Positions 17,074 to 25,712 of a stretch of 33,189 nucleotides of DNA are shown piece by piece. The position numbers and the translations under genes are program-made. The notes beneath the pieces were generated by a model. It saw only the letters and a program-made list of their open reading frames with translations, did no database searches and was not told the origin of the DNA. Source of the stretch: a virus (lineage: Duplodnaviria > Caudoviricetes); the IMG/VR virus record IMGVR_UViG_3300032233_001266, positions 1 through 33,189 of that record. One strand, written 5' to 3'. Every line of letters begins with the position of its first letter. The stretch's first letter is position 1.

Positions 17074-17185
17074 ACCTAAAGCACCAACGCCAGAAGCAAT
17101 TGAAAAAGCAAAGTTCATCGACAAAACCTACAAGGGATGGACCAACACTAATCTTCGATCTGGAAACGAACGGTCTACTAAATGA
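17027..17185 (+). CDS. Small hypothetical ORF (52 aa) overlapping the helicase end and exonuclease start
   Basis: MKQNQNQNSTQVTISKPKAPTPEAIEKAKFIDKTYKGW...; spans the intergenic gap. Confidence 0.4.
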   Translation: MKQNQNQNSTQVTISKPKAPTPEAIEKAKFIDKTYKGWTNTNLRSGNERSTK

Positions 17186-17660
17186 TGTCACCAGCATTCA
17201 CTGTATGGTCATCCATGATGTTGAGGCTGATCAAACTATTACCTACAATGATGAGGGTAGTTGTGAGCCAATTGTCAGGGGTGTTCAACGACTTGAAGAT
17301 GCTGGAATAATTGTTGGCCATAACGTCATAGGGTATGACATACCAGTTGTGAAGAAGCTGTACCCATGGTTTAACCCTAGCGGAGATGTTGTAGATACCT
17401 TGGTTTTATCCAGGCTGTACCACGCAAACATGCTGAGAGTAGATCAAAACAAGGAATGGGACCACATGCCAGTACAGCTCTATGGCAGACACTCTCTGGA
17501 ATCCTATGGATATCGATTAGGTGAGTTCAAAGGGAACTTCTCTAAGACAACCGACTGGAAGAACTGGTCAGAGGAGATGCAGGAGTACTGCATACAAGAC
17601 GTTGTTGTAACTAAAAAACTATGCGAACACTTCCACCCCTACCTGACTGGTGCTCGCTAG
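17100..17660 (+). CDS. DNA polymerase 3'-5' exonuclease domain (N-terminal part of gp5)
   Basis: ExoI FDLETNG, ExoII GHNVIGYD, ExoIII YCIQDV. Start codon uncertain. Confidence 0.9.
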   Translation: MKKQSSSTKPTRDGPTLIFDLETNGLLNDVTSIHCMVIHDVEADQTITYNDEGSCEPIVRGVQRLEDAGIIVGHNVIGYDIPVVKKLYPWFNPSGDVVDTLVLSRLYHANMLRVDQNKEWDHMPVQLYGRHSLESYGYRLGEFKGNFSKTTDWKNWSEEMQEYCIQDVVVTKKLCEHFHPYLTGAR

Positions 17661-18889
17661 AGCATCAAGTTGCACAGATACTTACAGATCAAGAGATATA
17701 TGGATGGTATTTTGATGAACGCTCTGCATGGGAACTTGAATCGACTCTCCGCAGAGAGCTTGAAGAAATTAGTCAAGTACTACGAGACAGGCACCCTCTC
17801 ATCGCGGGTTCGGAATTCACTCCTAAGAGAAATAACAAGACCAGTGGATATGTGGTAGATGCACCACTTACACGTCTGAAGGAATTCAATCCAACTTCAA
17901 GGGACCACATAGCGTGGGTCATGAAGGAACACTATGGATGGCAACCAACTCAATTCACCGATAAAGGAAAGGCAACCATCGATGAGGTTGTGCTGAAGGA
18001 TATCGGCACACCTATAGCCCTGCAGTTCTTCAGGTGCCTTGAGTTAACCAAGCAGCTAGGAATGCTCTCAGAGGGCATCAATGCCTGGCTAAAGCTAGTT
18101 AAGGCTAATCGTATCCATCACCACTGTTCCGTTGCCTGTGCGACCCACAGGATGGCACACAGGAAGCCAAACCTTGGGCAGGTACCAAGTGAATTGGAGT
18201 TCCGAAGCTTATTCAAAGCCACACCTGGAATGGTGATGGTTGGTGCTGACCTATCTGGAATTGAGTTGAGGATGCTTGCGCATTACTTGGCAAGATATGA
18301 CGGTGGGAGGTACGGAGACATTCTTTTGAATGGTGATATCCACCAGGAGAATGCTGATAAGATCGGCATAAGCCGAAGGCTTGTTAAGACTGTCACCTAT
18401 GCATTCCTATATGGAGCTGGTGATGAGAAAATCGGATTGAGTTATGACCAACAGCTACCAAAGGACAAGGCAAGAACAAAGGGCAAGGAAATTAGGCAAG
18501 CCTATATGGATGCTATTCCTGGTCTGGAGAAGCTTGTCAATGCTACTAAACAGGCAGCTGGAAGGGGCTACATCAAAGCTATAGATGGTCGGAAGATCAC
18601 CGTTGATAGCGGCCATAAAGCCTTGAACTATTTGCTGCAATCATCTGCTGGTGTAATTGCCAAGCGATGGATGCAGTTAGCTCATGAAGCGATCCAAGAG
18701 ACTGGAATCAAAGCAAACCAACTTGCATTTATCCATGATGAACTGCAGTTTGAAACCACACCTGAGTATGTAGATGACCTGAAGTTTGGACTTCTGTTGG
18801 CGGCTACTGCTGCAGGTGAATATTACGAATGCCGAGTACCAATCGCAGCGGAAGCAAAGAGCGGTAATAGCTGGGCAGATGTTCACTAA
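17621..18889 (+). CDS. Family A DNA polymerase domain (C-terminal part of gp5)
   Basis: DLSGIELR (A), KTVTYAFLYG (B), IHDE (C), FNPTSRDHI. Confidence 0.95.
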   Translation: MRTLPPLPDWCSLEHQVAQILTDQEIYGWYFDERSAWELESTLRRELEEISQVLRDRHPLIAGSEFTPKRNNKTSGYVVDAPLTRLKEFNPTSRDHIAWVMKEHYGWQPTQFTDKGKATIDEVVLKDIGTPIALQFFRCLELTKQLGMLSEGINAWLKLVKANRIHHHCSVACATHRMAHRKPNLGQVPSELEFRSLFKATPGMVMVGADLSGIELRMLAHYLARYDGGRYGDILLNGDIHQENADKIGISRRLVKTVTYAFLYGAGDEKIGLSYDQQLPKDKARTKGKEIRQAYMDAIPGLEKLVNATKQAAGRGYIKAIDGRKITVDSGHKALNYLLQSSAGVIAKRWMQLAHEAIQETGIKANQLAFIHDELQFETTPEYVDDLKFGLLLAATAAGEYYECRVPIAAEAKSGNSWADVH

Positions 18890-18894
18890 CACTA

Positions 18895-19032
18895 ATGGCC
18901 ACTAAATCAAAAACTAACCAAACCAAGAGAACATTCGAATCCCGTGCCAAGTACAAAACAACTAAGCAAGGCGACGGGTTACGTTCTAAGCCATCCCATG
19001 GCAGGAAGCTTTCACGTGGGCAAGGTAAATGA
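18895..19032 (+). CDS. Small very basic protein (45 aa) ending RGQGK
   Basis: MATKSKTNQTKRTFESRAKYKTTKQGDGLRSKPSHGRKLSRGQGK, with ATGA coupling to the exonuclease. Confidence 0.65.
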   Translation: MATKSKTNQTKRTFESRAKYKTTKQGDGLRSKPSHGRKLSRGQGK

Positions 19033-19799
19033 GCTTACTCATTGATGCTGATTACATTGTCTACAAGTGTTGTGCCGCCAACGAAACAGAAATTGACTGG
19101 GGAAGTGATGTCATCCTTGTCACCAGTAAATTCAGCGAAGCCTACAGCATGGCCGAGCGGGAACTCTTATCAATCTCCAGGAAAATTGGATGGACTGATG
19201 AGTCTATTCTTTTTTTCTCTGATAGTATTAACTTTCGGAAGAGCATTGATCCAAGCTATAAAGGACATCGTAATCGCAAAAAACCGTGTGGTTACAAAAG
19301 AGTTATCAATGCACTCAAGGAAAACTACCAAGTAGTTGTTATGCCTCAACTTGAGGCTGATGACGCTATGGGAATATACGCAACAAAAGAAAGTGGCCAT
19401 ATCATCTGCAGTCCAGACAAGGATATGCGACAGATCCCTGGGAAGTTGTACGACCTATCTAGCAGTGAGTTGTTCACAATCACTAAAGAAGAAGGCGATC
19501 GTTGGCATCTGATCCAAACAATGGCTGGTGATCAGACAGATGGCTATTCCGGTGTGCCAGGCATTGGAATTAAAAGGGCTGCTGCTCTACTAGATCAGAA
19601 CGGTGAATCCTGGCAAACAGTACTAGATGCATTTCTTGAAAAGGAACTTGATGAAGAGGTTGCTCTCATGAATGCTCGCCTCGCAAAGATCCTTCAAGTA
19701 AATGACTACGATTTCAGCCTTCAACAGCCCATCCTTTGGTCCTCCTCCTCCAGTGCTGGAGTTGAAGATGGAACAACAGTTCAAGCTAAAACAGATTGA
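19029..19799 (+). CDS. 5'-3' exonuclease (gp6-like)
   Basis: LLIDAD, YKGHR, LEADD, SPDKD, GDQTDGYSGVPGIG. Confidence 0.95.
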   Translation: MSLLIDADYIVYKCCAANETEIDWGSDVILVTSKFSEAYSMAERELLSISRKIGWTDESILFFSDSINFRKSIDPSYKGHRNRKKPCGYKRVINALKENYQVVVMPQLEADDAMGIYATKESGHIICSPDKDMRQIPGKLYDLSSSELFTITKEEGDRWHLIQTMAGDQTDGYSGVPGIGIKRAAALLDQNGESWQTVLDAFLEKELDEEVALMNARLAKILQVNDYDFSLQQPILWSSSSSAGVEDGTTVQAKTD

Positions 19800-19995
19800 A
19801 GATGCGCTGCGGGATCCTGCATCTTCCAAGGAAGACATCATCACAGTATTCCTAGCACTGCAACGGCAAAGCTTTGTATTAGGCAATAACGTATCAAATC
19901 TAATTAAATCATGGCCATCTCAAGCAATAAAGGTCCAGCTTACTACAAAAGAGGAAACATCCAAGTCTGGGACTTCATCAGAGATCAAGGACTAA
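19702..19995 (+). CDS. nblA: NblA-like phycobilisome degradation protein (overprinted)
   Basis: ELKMEQQFKLKQIE...L-RQ-FV--N---NLIKSW matches the NblA L-LEQQF-L...W helix-loop-helix pattern. Overlaps both neighbours. Confidence 0.65.
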   Translation: MTTISAFNSPSFGPPPPVLELKMEQQFKLKQIEDALRDPASSKEDIITVFLALQRQSFVLGNNVSNLIKSWPSQAIKVQLTTKEETSKSGTSSEIKD

Positions 19996-20210
19996 GTTTC
20001 CATTTAGGTAACGCTATTAAATATATCTGCAGGGCCGGATACAAAGATAGCCGTATCAGTGACCTTCGTAAAGCAATCCACTATCTACAGAATGAACTTG
20101 AAAATGCAATCCTTCATCAGCCAACAAGCCAAGGAATTCAGGAAAAGTTTCCAGGTGAAGAACAGTACAACTCTAGCTTCACGGACTGGTCAGAGGAATT
20201 TGATCGTTGA
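19911..20210 (+). CDS. DUF3310 / T7 gp1.7-like nucleotide kinase
   Basis: P-YY--G-I-V-DFI...GNAIKY-CRAG-K...DL-KA--YL. Confidence 0.85.
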   Translation: MAISSNKGPAYYKRGNIQVWDFIRDQGLSFHLGNAIKYICRAGYKDSRISDLRKAIHYLQNELENAILHQPTSQGIQEKFPGEEQYNSSFTDWSEEFDR

Positions 20211-20481
20211 GGAGTTCAAGGAATTCTTAGAGGCTGATGGTCAACTGCTGATTGATTTCAAACGTAACTCAGAGGAAACACTGAAGGAATTAGCTGATCT
20301 TGTTTATGTGTGCTTTCAGTATGCAGAAAACGTGGGTTGGGATCTAGATGAAGCATTGGACCGTGTACACAAAAGCAATATGACAAAGCTTGGTGAAGAC
20401 GGCCAACCAATCCGAAGAGAAGACGGAAAGGTTCTTAAAGGACCGAACTACCAACCCCCTACCCTTATTGATCTTGTTTGA
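20092..20481 (+). CDS. MazG-like NTP pyrophosphohydrolase
   Basis: LIVEEFKE, KELADLVYV, VHKSNMTK, REDGKVLKGPNY. Start may be 20092 or 20104. Confidence 0.88.
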   Translation: MNLKMQSFISQQAKEFRKSFQVKNSTTLASRTGQRNLIVEEFKEFLEADGQLLIDFKRNSEETLKELADLVYVCFQYAENVGWDLDEALDRVHKSNMTKLGEDGQPIRREDGKVLKGPNYQPPTLIDLV

Positions 20482-21875
20482 TGTCTAAACCACCCAAAGA
20501 ACTTATTGCCCGCACTGGACGAGTGCAATCATGGATTGATGATCCAACGTCACGTCTACCTGTCTCCTGCACCGTATTTACGGTAGAGGATTCTATTAGT
20601 GGACCAGAAGGCATTGAGAGTAGCTGGTTGTTTGCCAGTCATGCTCTGCGTTATGGAGCAGGTTGTGCTATTCACCTATCAAAACTACGTCCCAAAGGCT
20701 CTACTAATGAGGCTGGCCTAGTTGCTAGTGGACCTGTTTCGTTTGCCAAAATTTATTCAACACTAAATGAAATCCTACGTAGGGGTGGCCATTATAAAAA
20801 TGGTGCGATTGTGGCCCACCTGGACCTGTCTCATCCTGACGTATTGGAGTTCATTTCTTGTTCACGATCTGAACTACCCTGGGTTAAACGGTGTGTCAAC
20901 ATCAACCCACACTGGTGGAATACAGCCACTGCAGAGGTTAAGCAAGCATTGATCCAAGGCATTAAGCAAGGTGATATCTGGCTTAATAAGACAAAGGTAG
21001 ATGCCAGGGGTAATAGGATTCGTGGCAATGTATGCCTTGAGGTCTACCTACCTTCTCGTGGCACCTGTCTGCTACAACACGTCAACCTTGGTCAATGTGA
21101 GATAGAGGATCTACCCAATGCATTTGCAACAGGCATGTCTGAACTATGCTCACTACACGCTAAGACAGGTGTAGGTGAGAGTGGTCAGTACCTTGACCCT
21201 GAAGTAGATAGGCAGGTTGGTCTTGGGATGCTTGGCTTGGCTAACTTCCTAAGGAAACACAGCATCACCTATGCAGAGTTTGGTGAAGCACTAGCTGTTA
21301 TCAACTCTGGTAGCTCGAACTACGAACGAACACCTGCATATATCGTCGCCATAGAGCTCCAGAAGGCCGTACAAGGTGCAGCTGAGGTTGCTAAGTACGC
21401 CAGGATGGAAAGAGCATTTGCTATCGCTCCTACAGCCTCCTGCAGCTACCGTTATAAAGACTTGGATGGGTACACAACTTGTCCAGAGATTGCTCCACCC
21501 ATCGCCCGTCAGGTTGACCGTGATAGCGGTACATTTGGCGTCCAAAGCTTTGATTACGGTCCAGTAGAGATCGCATCAGAAGTTGGCTGGGATGCATACA
21601 AGAAAGTTGCCGATGGCATCGTTCAATTGTTGGACAGCACAGGCCTGCTCCACGGTTACAGCTTTAATAGTTGGTCCGATGTGGTCACCTATGACGAAGC
21701 GTTTATTGAAGAATGGTTGGCGTCACCGCAAACCAGTCTTTACTATTCTCTCCAAGTTATGGGTGATACGCAGGATAAATCAGATGCATACGCTGCATTG
21801 AAAGATTCTGATATCGACTCGTACTTGGCTGATCTTTTTGAAGACTCACCACTTACTTGCGATTGCGGCGAATGA
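20481..21875 (+). CDS. nrdA: Ribonucleotide reductase large subunit (compact cyanopodovirus type)
   Basis: PVSC, NVCLE catalytic loop, TCLL, AIAPTASCS, TSLYY, C-terminal CDC redox pair. Followed by a ferritin-like beta subunit. Confidence 0.88.
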   Translation: MSKPPKELIARTGRVQSWIDDPTSRLPVSCTVFTVEDSISGPEGIESSWLFASHALRYGAGCAIHLSKLRPKGSTNEAGLVASGPVSFAKIYSTLNEILRRGGHYKNGAIVAHLDLSHPDVLEFISCSRSELPWVKRCVNINPHWWNTATAEVKQALIQGIKQGDIWLNKTKVDARGNRIRGNVCLEVYLPSRGTCLLQHVNLGQCEIEDLPNAFATGMSELCSLHAKTGVGESGQYLDPEVDRQVGLGMLGLANFLRKHSITYAEFGEALAVINSGSSNYERTPAYIVAIELQKAVQGAAEVAKYARMERAFAIAPTASCSYRYKDLDGYTTCPEIAPPIARQVDRDSGTFGVQSFDYGPVEIASEVGWDAYKKVADGIVQLLDSTGLLHGYSFNSWSDVVTYDEAFIEEWLASPQTSLYYSLQVMGDTQDKSDAYAALKDSDIDSYLADLFEDSPLTCDCGE

Positions 21876-22582
21876 ACCCCTATCAGAAATTACAAAACAG
21901 AAAGCGTACCTGGACACCAGTACAAACAACCGCTGGGAAGCTAGTTGAAGGCTCTGAAGAAACAATCTTCAGGGCTCTTGCTCTCCGGCATATGGAACTC
22001 CCCGTTGGGGATTTTATTAAGGAAGCATTGAATGAAATTCCAGAAGCATCCCACCAACTTCTCCAATCAAACGTGCTTGATGAAGAAAAGCACGACCAGG
22101 CTCTCGGTTACATCGCCAATGCTATTGGCACTAATGAAAAGGCTGAGCAAGAAGCTAAGCGACTCAGAGATGCATGGGTTGCACATCCTGATCACACAGT
22201 ACTCAAAGCAATGGTTGCCGAACGTGCAATTTTCTTTGTGCTCTTACCCTTTTTCAGATTCAACGGTGATGCTGGTCTACGAACGGTATCAGCCGATATC
22301 TCTCGTGATGAACAGGTACACGTAGGTGCAAATTCATTGGTATGTCGCGAGCTTGGTCTTACTGTCTCAACTAGCCTTGATAAACTTAGGCTGGCTACAA
22401 TTAACTGGGTGATGCAACCTTTAGGTAAGTCAACCAATAAATATCTTGATAAAAAATTTTGGCTGGATCAAAGTGATTCGCTGATGTATTCAGGTAAAGC
22501 CGAAGGGTTGCTTGAAACACAACGTGCACGTATGCCAGCATTTTTTGAACATGCAAATCCAAACCTCCCACAGTACGCTTAA
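21872..22582 (+). CDS. nrdB: Ribonucleotide reductase small subunit (ferritin-like)
   Basis: Metal-ligand motifs ELPV, DEEKH, AERAIFF, DEQVH. ATGA coupling to the alpha subunit. Confidence 0.85.
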   Translation: MNPYQKLQNRKRTWTPVQTTAGKLVEGSEETIFRALALRHMELPVGDFIKEALNEIPEASHQLLQSNVLDEEKHDQALGYIANAIGTNEKAEQEAKRLRDAWVAHPDHTVLKAMVAERAIFFVLLPFFRFNGDAGLRTVSADISRDEQVHVGANSLVCRELGLTVSTSLDKLRLATINWVMQPLGKSTNKYLDKKFWLDQSDSLMYSGKAEGLLETQRARMPAFFEHANPNLPQYA

Positions 22583-22742
22583 CATTGGTTTGACTGTGGA
22601 TGCTCTTCTTGAAGAGCTAAATGAAGTATATCCAATTACCAATCCATCACCTGAAAATTCAATTGCACAGCTCATGTATCGAGCTGGTCAACGGAGTGTT
22701 GTGGAATGGATTCAACAACGTATTAACAACGAGGAACTTTAA
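22551..22742 (+). CDS. T7 gp6.5-like small protein
   Basis: L---L-E-YP...MYRAGQRSVVEW motif, located before the portal. Confidence 0.7.
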   Translation: MQIQTSHSTLNIGLTVDALLEELNEVYPITNPSPENSIAQLMYRAGQRSVVEWIQQRINNEEL

Positions 22743-22744
22743 TT

Positions 22745-23062
22745 ATGTGTGGCGGTGGAGCTAAACGTGCAGCCAGAGATGCTGAACGTAGGGCTGCTCA
22801 GCAAGCAGCTATGTATGAGGAACAGCTTAGAGCAGCTGAAGCTCGTAATCAGCAAGTAATCGAGGCACTGACGCCAAAGAACACGCCTTCCTATACACCT
22901 GATCCAATTGATACTGGTGCAGGGCTAAAAGACAATGGTGGCGTACAAAAAAAGAAGTCAAGGAAATCAAGCATCATTGATGCAAACAGAGGTGTTGCCT
23001 CCCTCCGCATTCCATTGAATACCGGTGGAGTTGGTGGAAGCTCTGGTCCCAATATTGGTTAA
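22745..23062 (+). CDS. Small virion-assembly protein (gp6.7/7.3-like)
   Basis: MCGGG start, G--SLRIPL and a Gly-rich end, directly before the portal. Confidence 0.65.
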   Translation: MCGGGAKRAARDAERRAAQQAAMYEEQLRAAEARNQQVIEALTPKNTPSYTPDPIDTGAGLKDNGGVQKKKSRKSSIIDANRGVASLRIPLNTGGVGGSSGPNIG

Positions 23063-23066
23063 TTAA

Positions 23067-24656
23067 ATGACAGCACGTAGTCGGTACGATTATCTAACTA
23101 GCTACCGCTCTCAGTTTCTCAATACAGCAACTCAATGTTCTGCTCTTACACTCCCATATCTTATTCAAGATGACACAGGACGTGTAACTAATAAAACCTT
23201 ACAGCAGCCGTGGCAATCAGTGGGCGCCAAAGCGGTGGTCACATTATCTGCAAAACTCATGTTGAGTTTGCTGCCTCCACAAACCACCTTCTTTAAGCTA
23301 CAAGTAAGGGATGACAAGTTAGGGGCTGAAATCCCTGCACAAGTTAGATCTGAACTTGACCTTAGCTTTGCAAAGATGGAGCGGATGGTGATGGATTCCA
23401 TTGCTGCTTCTAGTGACCGTGTAACCGTGCACCAAGCCCTCAAGCATCTTGTGGTTGGTGGTAATGCATTGGTCTACATGGGTAAGGATGGTCTGAAGCA
23501 TTATCCATTGAATCGGTATGTTGTAGAGAGAGATGGGAACGGTAACGTAATTGAGATCGTTACCAAAGAACTGATTAGCAAAAAACTTCTACCTAAAGAA
23601 TTCCACGATACTGAGTCCATGGTGAATGCACCAATGGATAACAGCACTGCTCTTGGTAATGATGTAGAAGTTTATACGCATGTACGTCTTGATAACAATC
23701 GCTGGATCTGGCATCAAGAAGTATCAGATAAAAAAATTGCAGGTACTGAAGGTAAGTCGCCTAAAGATGCAAGTCCTTGGCTTGTCCTGCGCTTTAACAC
23801 AGTAGATGGTGAGAACTACGGTAGGGGTCGAGTAGAAGAGTTCCTTGGAGATCTCCGGTCTCTTGAAGCTCTTGCTCAAGCTCTAGTCGAAGGATCAGCA
23901 GCAGCTGCAAAAGTGATCTTTATGGTCTCACCTTCTAGTGTGACCAAACCTCAAACTCTTGCACAAGCTGGTAATGGCGCCATTGTTCAAGGCAGGCCTG
24001 AGGACATCGGTGTAATTCAAGTTGGGAAGACTGCAGATTTTGCAACAGCTTCCAACATGATTGCAACACTCGAACGTCGCATCTCTGATGCCTTCCTAGT
24101 TCTTACTGTTAGGCAGAGCGAGCGCACAACTGCGGAAGAAGTCAGGCTTACTCAAATGGAACTGGAATCACAGTTGGGTGGACTATTCTCCCTCCTGACT
24201 GTTGAGTTCCTGATTCCTTACCTGAACCGTAAGTTGCTTGTTCTGCAACGGTCTGGCGAACTACCACGCATTCCAAAAGATCTTGTACGGCCAACCATCG
24301 TTGCTGGTATCAATGCATTGGGTCGTGGGCAAGATCGTGAGTCTTTGACTACGTTCATTGGAACCATTGCTCAGACGCTTGGACCTGAAGCTTTGATGAG
24401 GTTCATCAATGCAGATGAAGCGATTAAACGCCTCGCAGCTGCACAAGGTATTGATGTACTCAACCTTGTTAAGTCCATGGATCAACAGCAAGAAGAGAAG
24501 CAAGCTGCTATGGATCAGCAACAACAAATGATGATGATGCAACAAGCTCCTCAGTTACTGAAGGCTCCAATTGCAGACCCATCTAAGAATCCAAATGCTG
24601 AAGAAGCTATTGCCTCAGTAATGGGTGATGGCATGGAGGCGCAACCACCACAATAA
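23067..24656 (+). CDS. Portal / head-to-tail connector (gp8)
   Basis: WQSVGAK, GENYGRGRVEE, ERTTAEEVR, LGRGQD. Confidence 0.96.
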   Translation: MTARSRYDYLTSYRSQFLNTATQCSALTLPYLIQDDTGRVTNKTLQQPWQSVGAKAVVTLSAKLMLSLLPPQTTFFKLQVRDDKLGAEIPAQVRSELDLSFAKMERMVMDSIAASSDRVTVHQALKHLVVGGNALVYMGKDGLKHYPLNRYVVERDGNGNVIEIVTKELISKKLLPKEFHDTESMVNAPMDNSTALGNDVEVYTHVRLDNNRWIWHQEVSDKKIAGTEGKSPKDASPWLVLRFNTVDGENYGRGRVEEFLGDLRSLEALAQALVEGSAAAAKVIFMVSPSSVTKPQTLAQAGNGAIVQGRPEDIGVIQVGKTADFATASNMIATLERRISDAFLVLTVRQSERTTAEEVRLTQMELESQLGGLFSLLTVEFLIPYLNRKLLVLQRSGELPRIPKDLVRPTIVAGINALGRGQDRESLTTFIGTIAQTLGPEALMRFINADEAIKRLAAAQGIDVLNLVKSMDQQQEEKQAAMDQQQQMMMMQQAPQLLKAPIADPSKNPNAEEAIASVMGDGMEAQPPQ

Positions 24657-24662
24657 CTTTAT

Positions 24663-25454
24663 ATGGCTGAGACATTTACTTACGATCCAACTCCTAGTGC
24701 AGAAGTAGTAGCTTCAATTGAAGCAGATGAATCTGAATCCCTAGCCATTGGTCAGGAACTGGAGAATGGACACGAAGCACTGCTAGCTGGTAAGTACCAA
24801 AATGCAGAAGAGCTTGAACAAGCATATCTTGAACTCCAAAAGAAACTTGGTTCTAATGATGAACCAGAACAGGAAGTAGAGACTGAAGAAGAAGCACCTG
24901 AAGAAGAGACTGAAGAAAGCGAAGATCCATACGTTGACTTCCTATATAATGTCAACGAAGAATTTGCTGAGAATGGGCAGCTAAGTGAAGAGACGTTGGA
25001 GATGTTCTCCGATATGTCTGCACGTGAGTTGGCCGAAGCCTACTTCCGCTATCAGGAACAACAAGGTGATTCAGATGCACCTAGTGTTGTTGAACTATCA
25101 ACAGCTGAAGTAAACCAAATTCAGAATGCTGTTGGTGGTCAAGCTGCCTATCAAAAACTAACTGGTTGGGCGGCTGATAACTTCTCACCACAAGAAGTAC
25201 AGGCCTTTGATCAGGTCATTGAATCCGGAAACATAGGTGCAATTAACCTTGCACTACAAGCTCTTTATTATCGTTACACTGATGCTATGGGATACGAAGG
25301 TGAATTGATTCAGGGTAAGCCTGCAAGATCACAAGATGTCTTCAAGAGCCAGGCAGAAGTCGTACGTGCTTTGAGTGACAAACGATATGATCGTGACCCT
25401 GCTTATCGACAAGAGGTTGCAGACAAGCTTGAACGATCGGATCTGGAATTTTAA
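24663..25454 (+). CDS. Capsid scaffolding protein (gp9)
   Basis: LAGKY...LEQAYLELQKKLG, VGG--AY--L--WA, D-RY--DPAYR. Acidic. Confidence 0.93.
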   Translation: MAETFTYDPTPSAEVVASIEADESESLAIGQELENGHEALLAGKYQNAEELEQAYLELQKKLGSNDEPEQEVETEEEAPEEETEESEDPYVDFLYNVNEEFAENGQLSEETLEMFSDMSARELAEAYFRYQEQQGDSDAPSVVELSTAEVNQIQNAVGGQAAYQKLTGWAADNFSPQEVQAFDQVIESGNIGAINLALQALYYRYTDAMGYEGELIQGKPARSQDVFKSQAEVVRALSDKRYDRDPAYRQEVADKLERSDLEF

Positions 25455-25630
25455 TGAACGACACAAACATCTGGGCTAAAGAACCACCAATTATTATGGC
25501 TGATCATCCTTACGGAGTACCACATAACGAACGTGCAGAACTGCTGAACGGTCGTCTTGCAATGCTTGGCGTTATAGCTGCTATTGGAGCATACATCACT
25601 ACTGGGCAATTGATTCCTGGTATCTTCTAG
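25454..25630 (+). CDS. hli: High-light-inducible protein (58 aa)
   Basis: AELLNGRLAMLG chlorophyll-binding motif and TGQLIPGIF C-terminus. Below the ORF-track cutoff. Confidence 0.95.
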   Translation: MNDTNIWAKEPPIIMADHPYGVPHNERAELLNGRLAMLGVIAAIGAYITTGQLIPGIF

Positions 25631-25712
25631 GTATTGGTAGATCCGTCAATACTGCGAGTGTAGTGGCGGATTTAGAAGCGTGAGCAATATAAAAGTTCTT
25701 TGCTTTTTTATT

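Noticed and set aside
24481-24545. Gln/Met codon run at the portal C-terminus
   Set aside because: Ordinary low-complexity tail of T7-like portal proteins, not a DNA repeat element.
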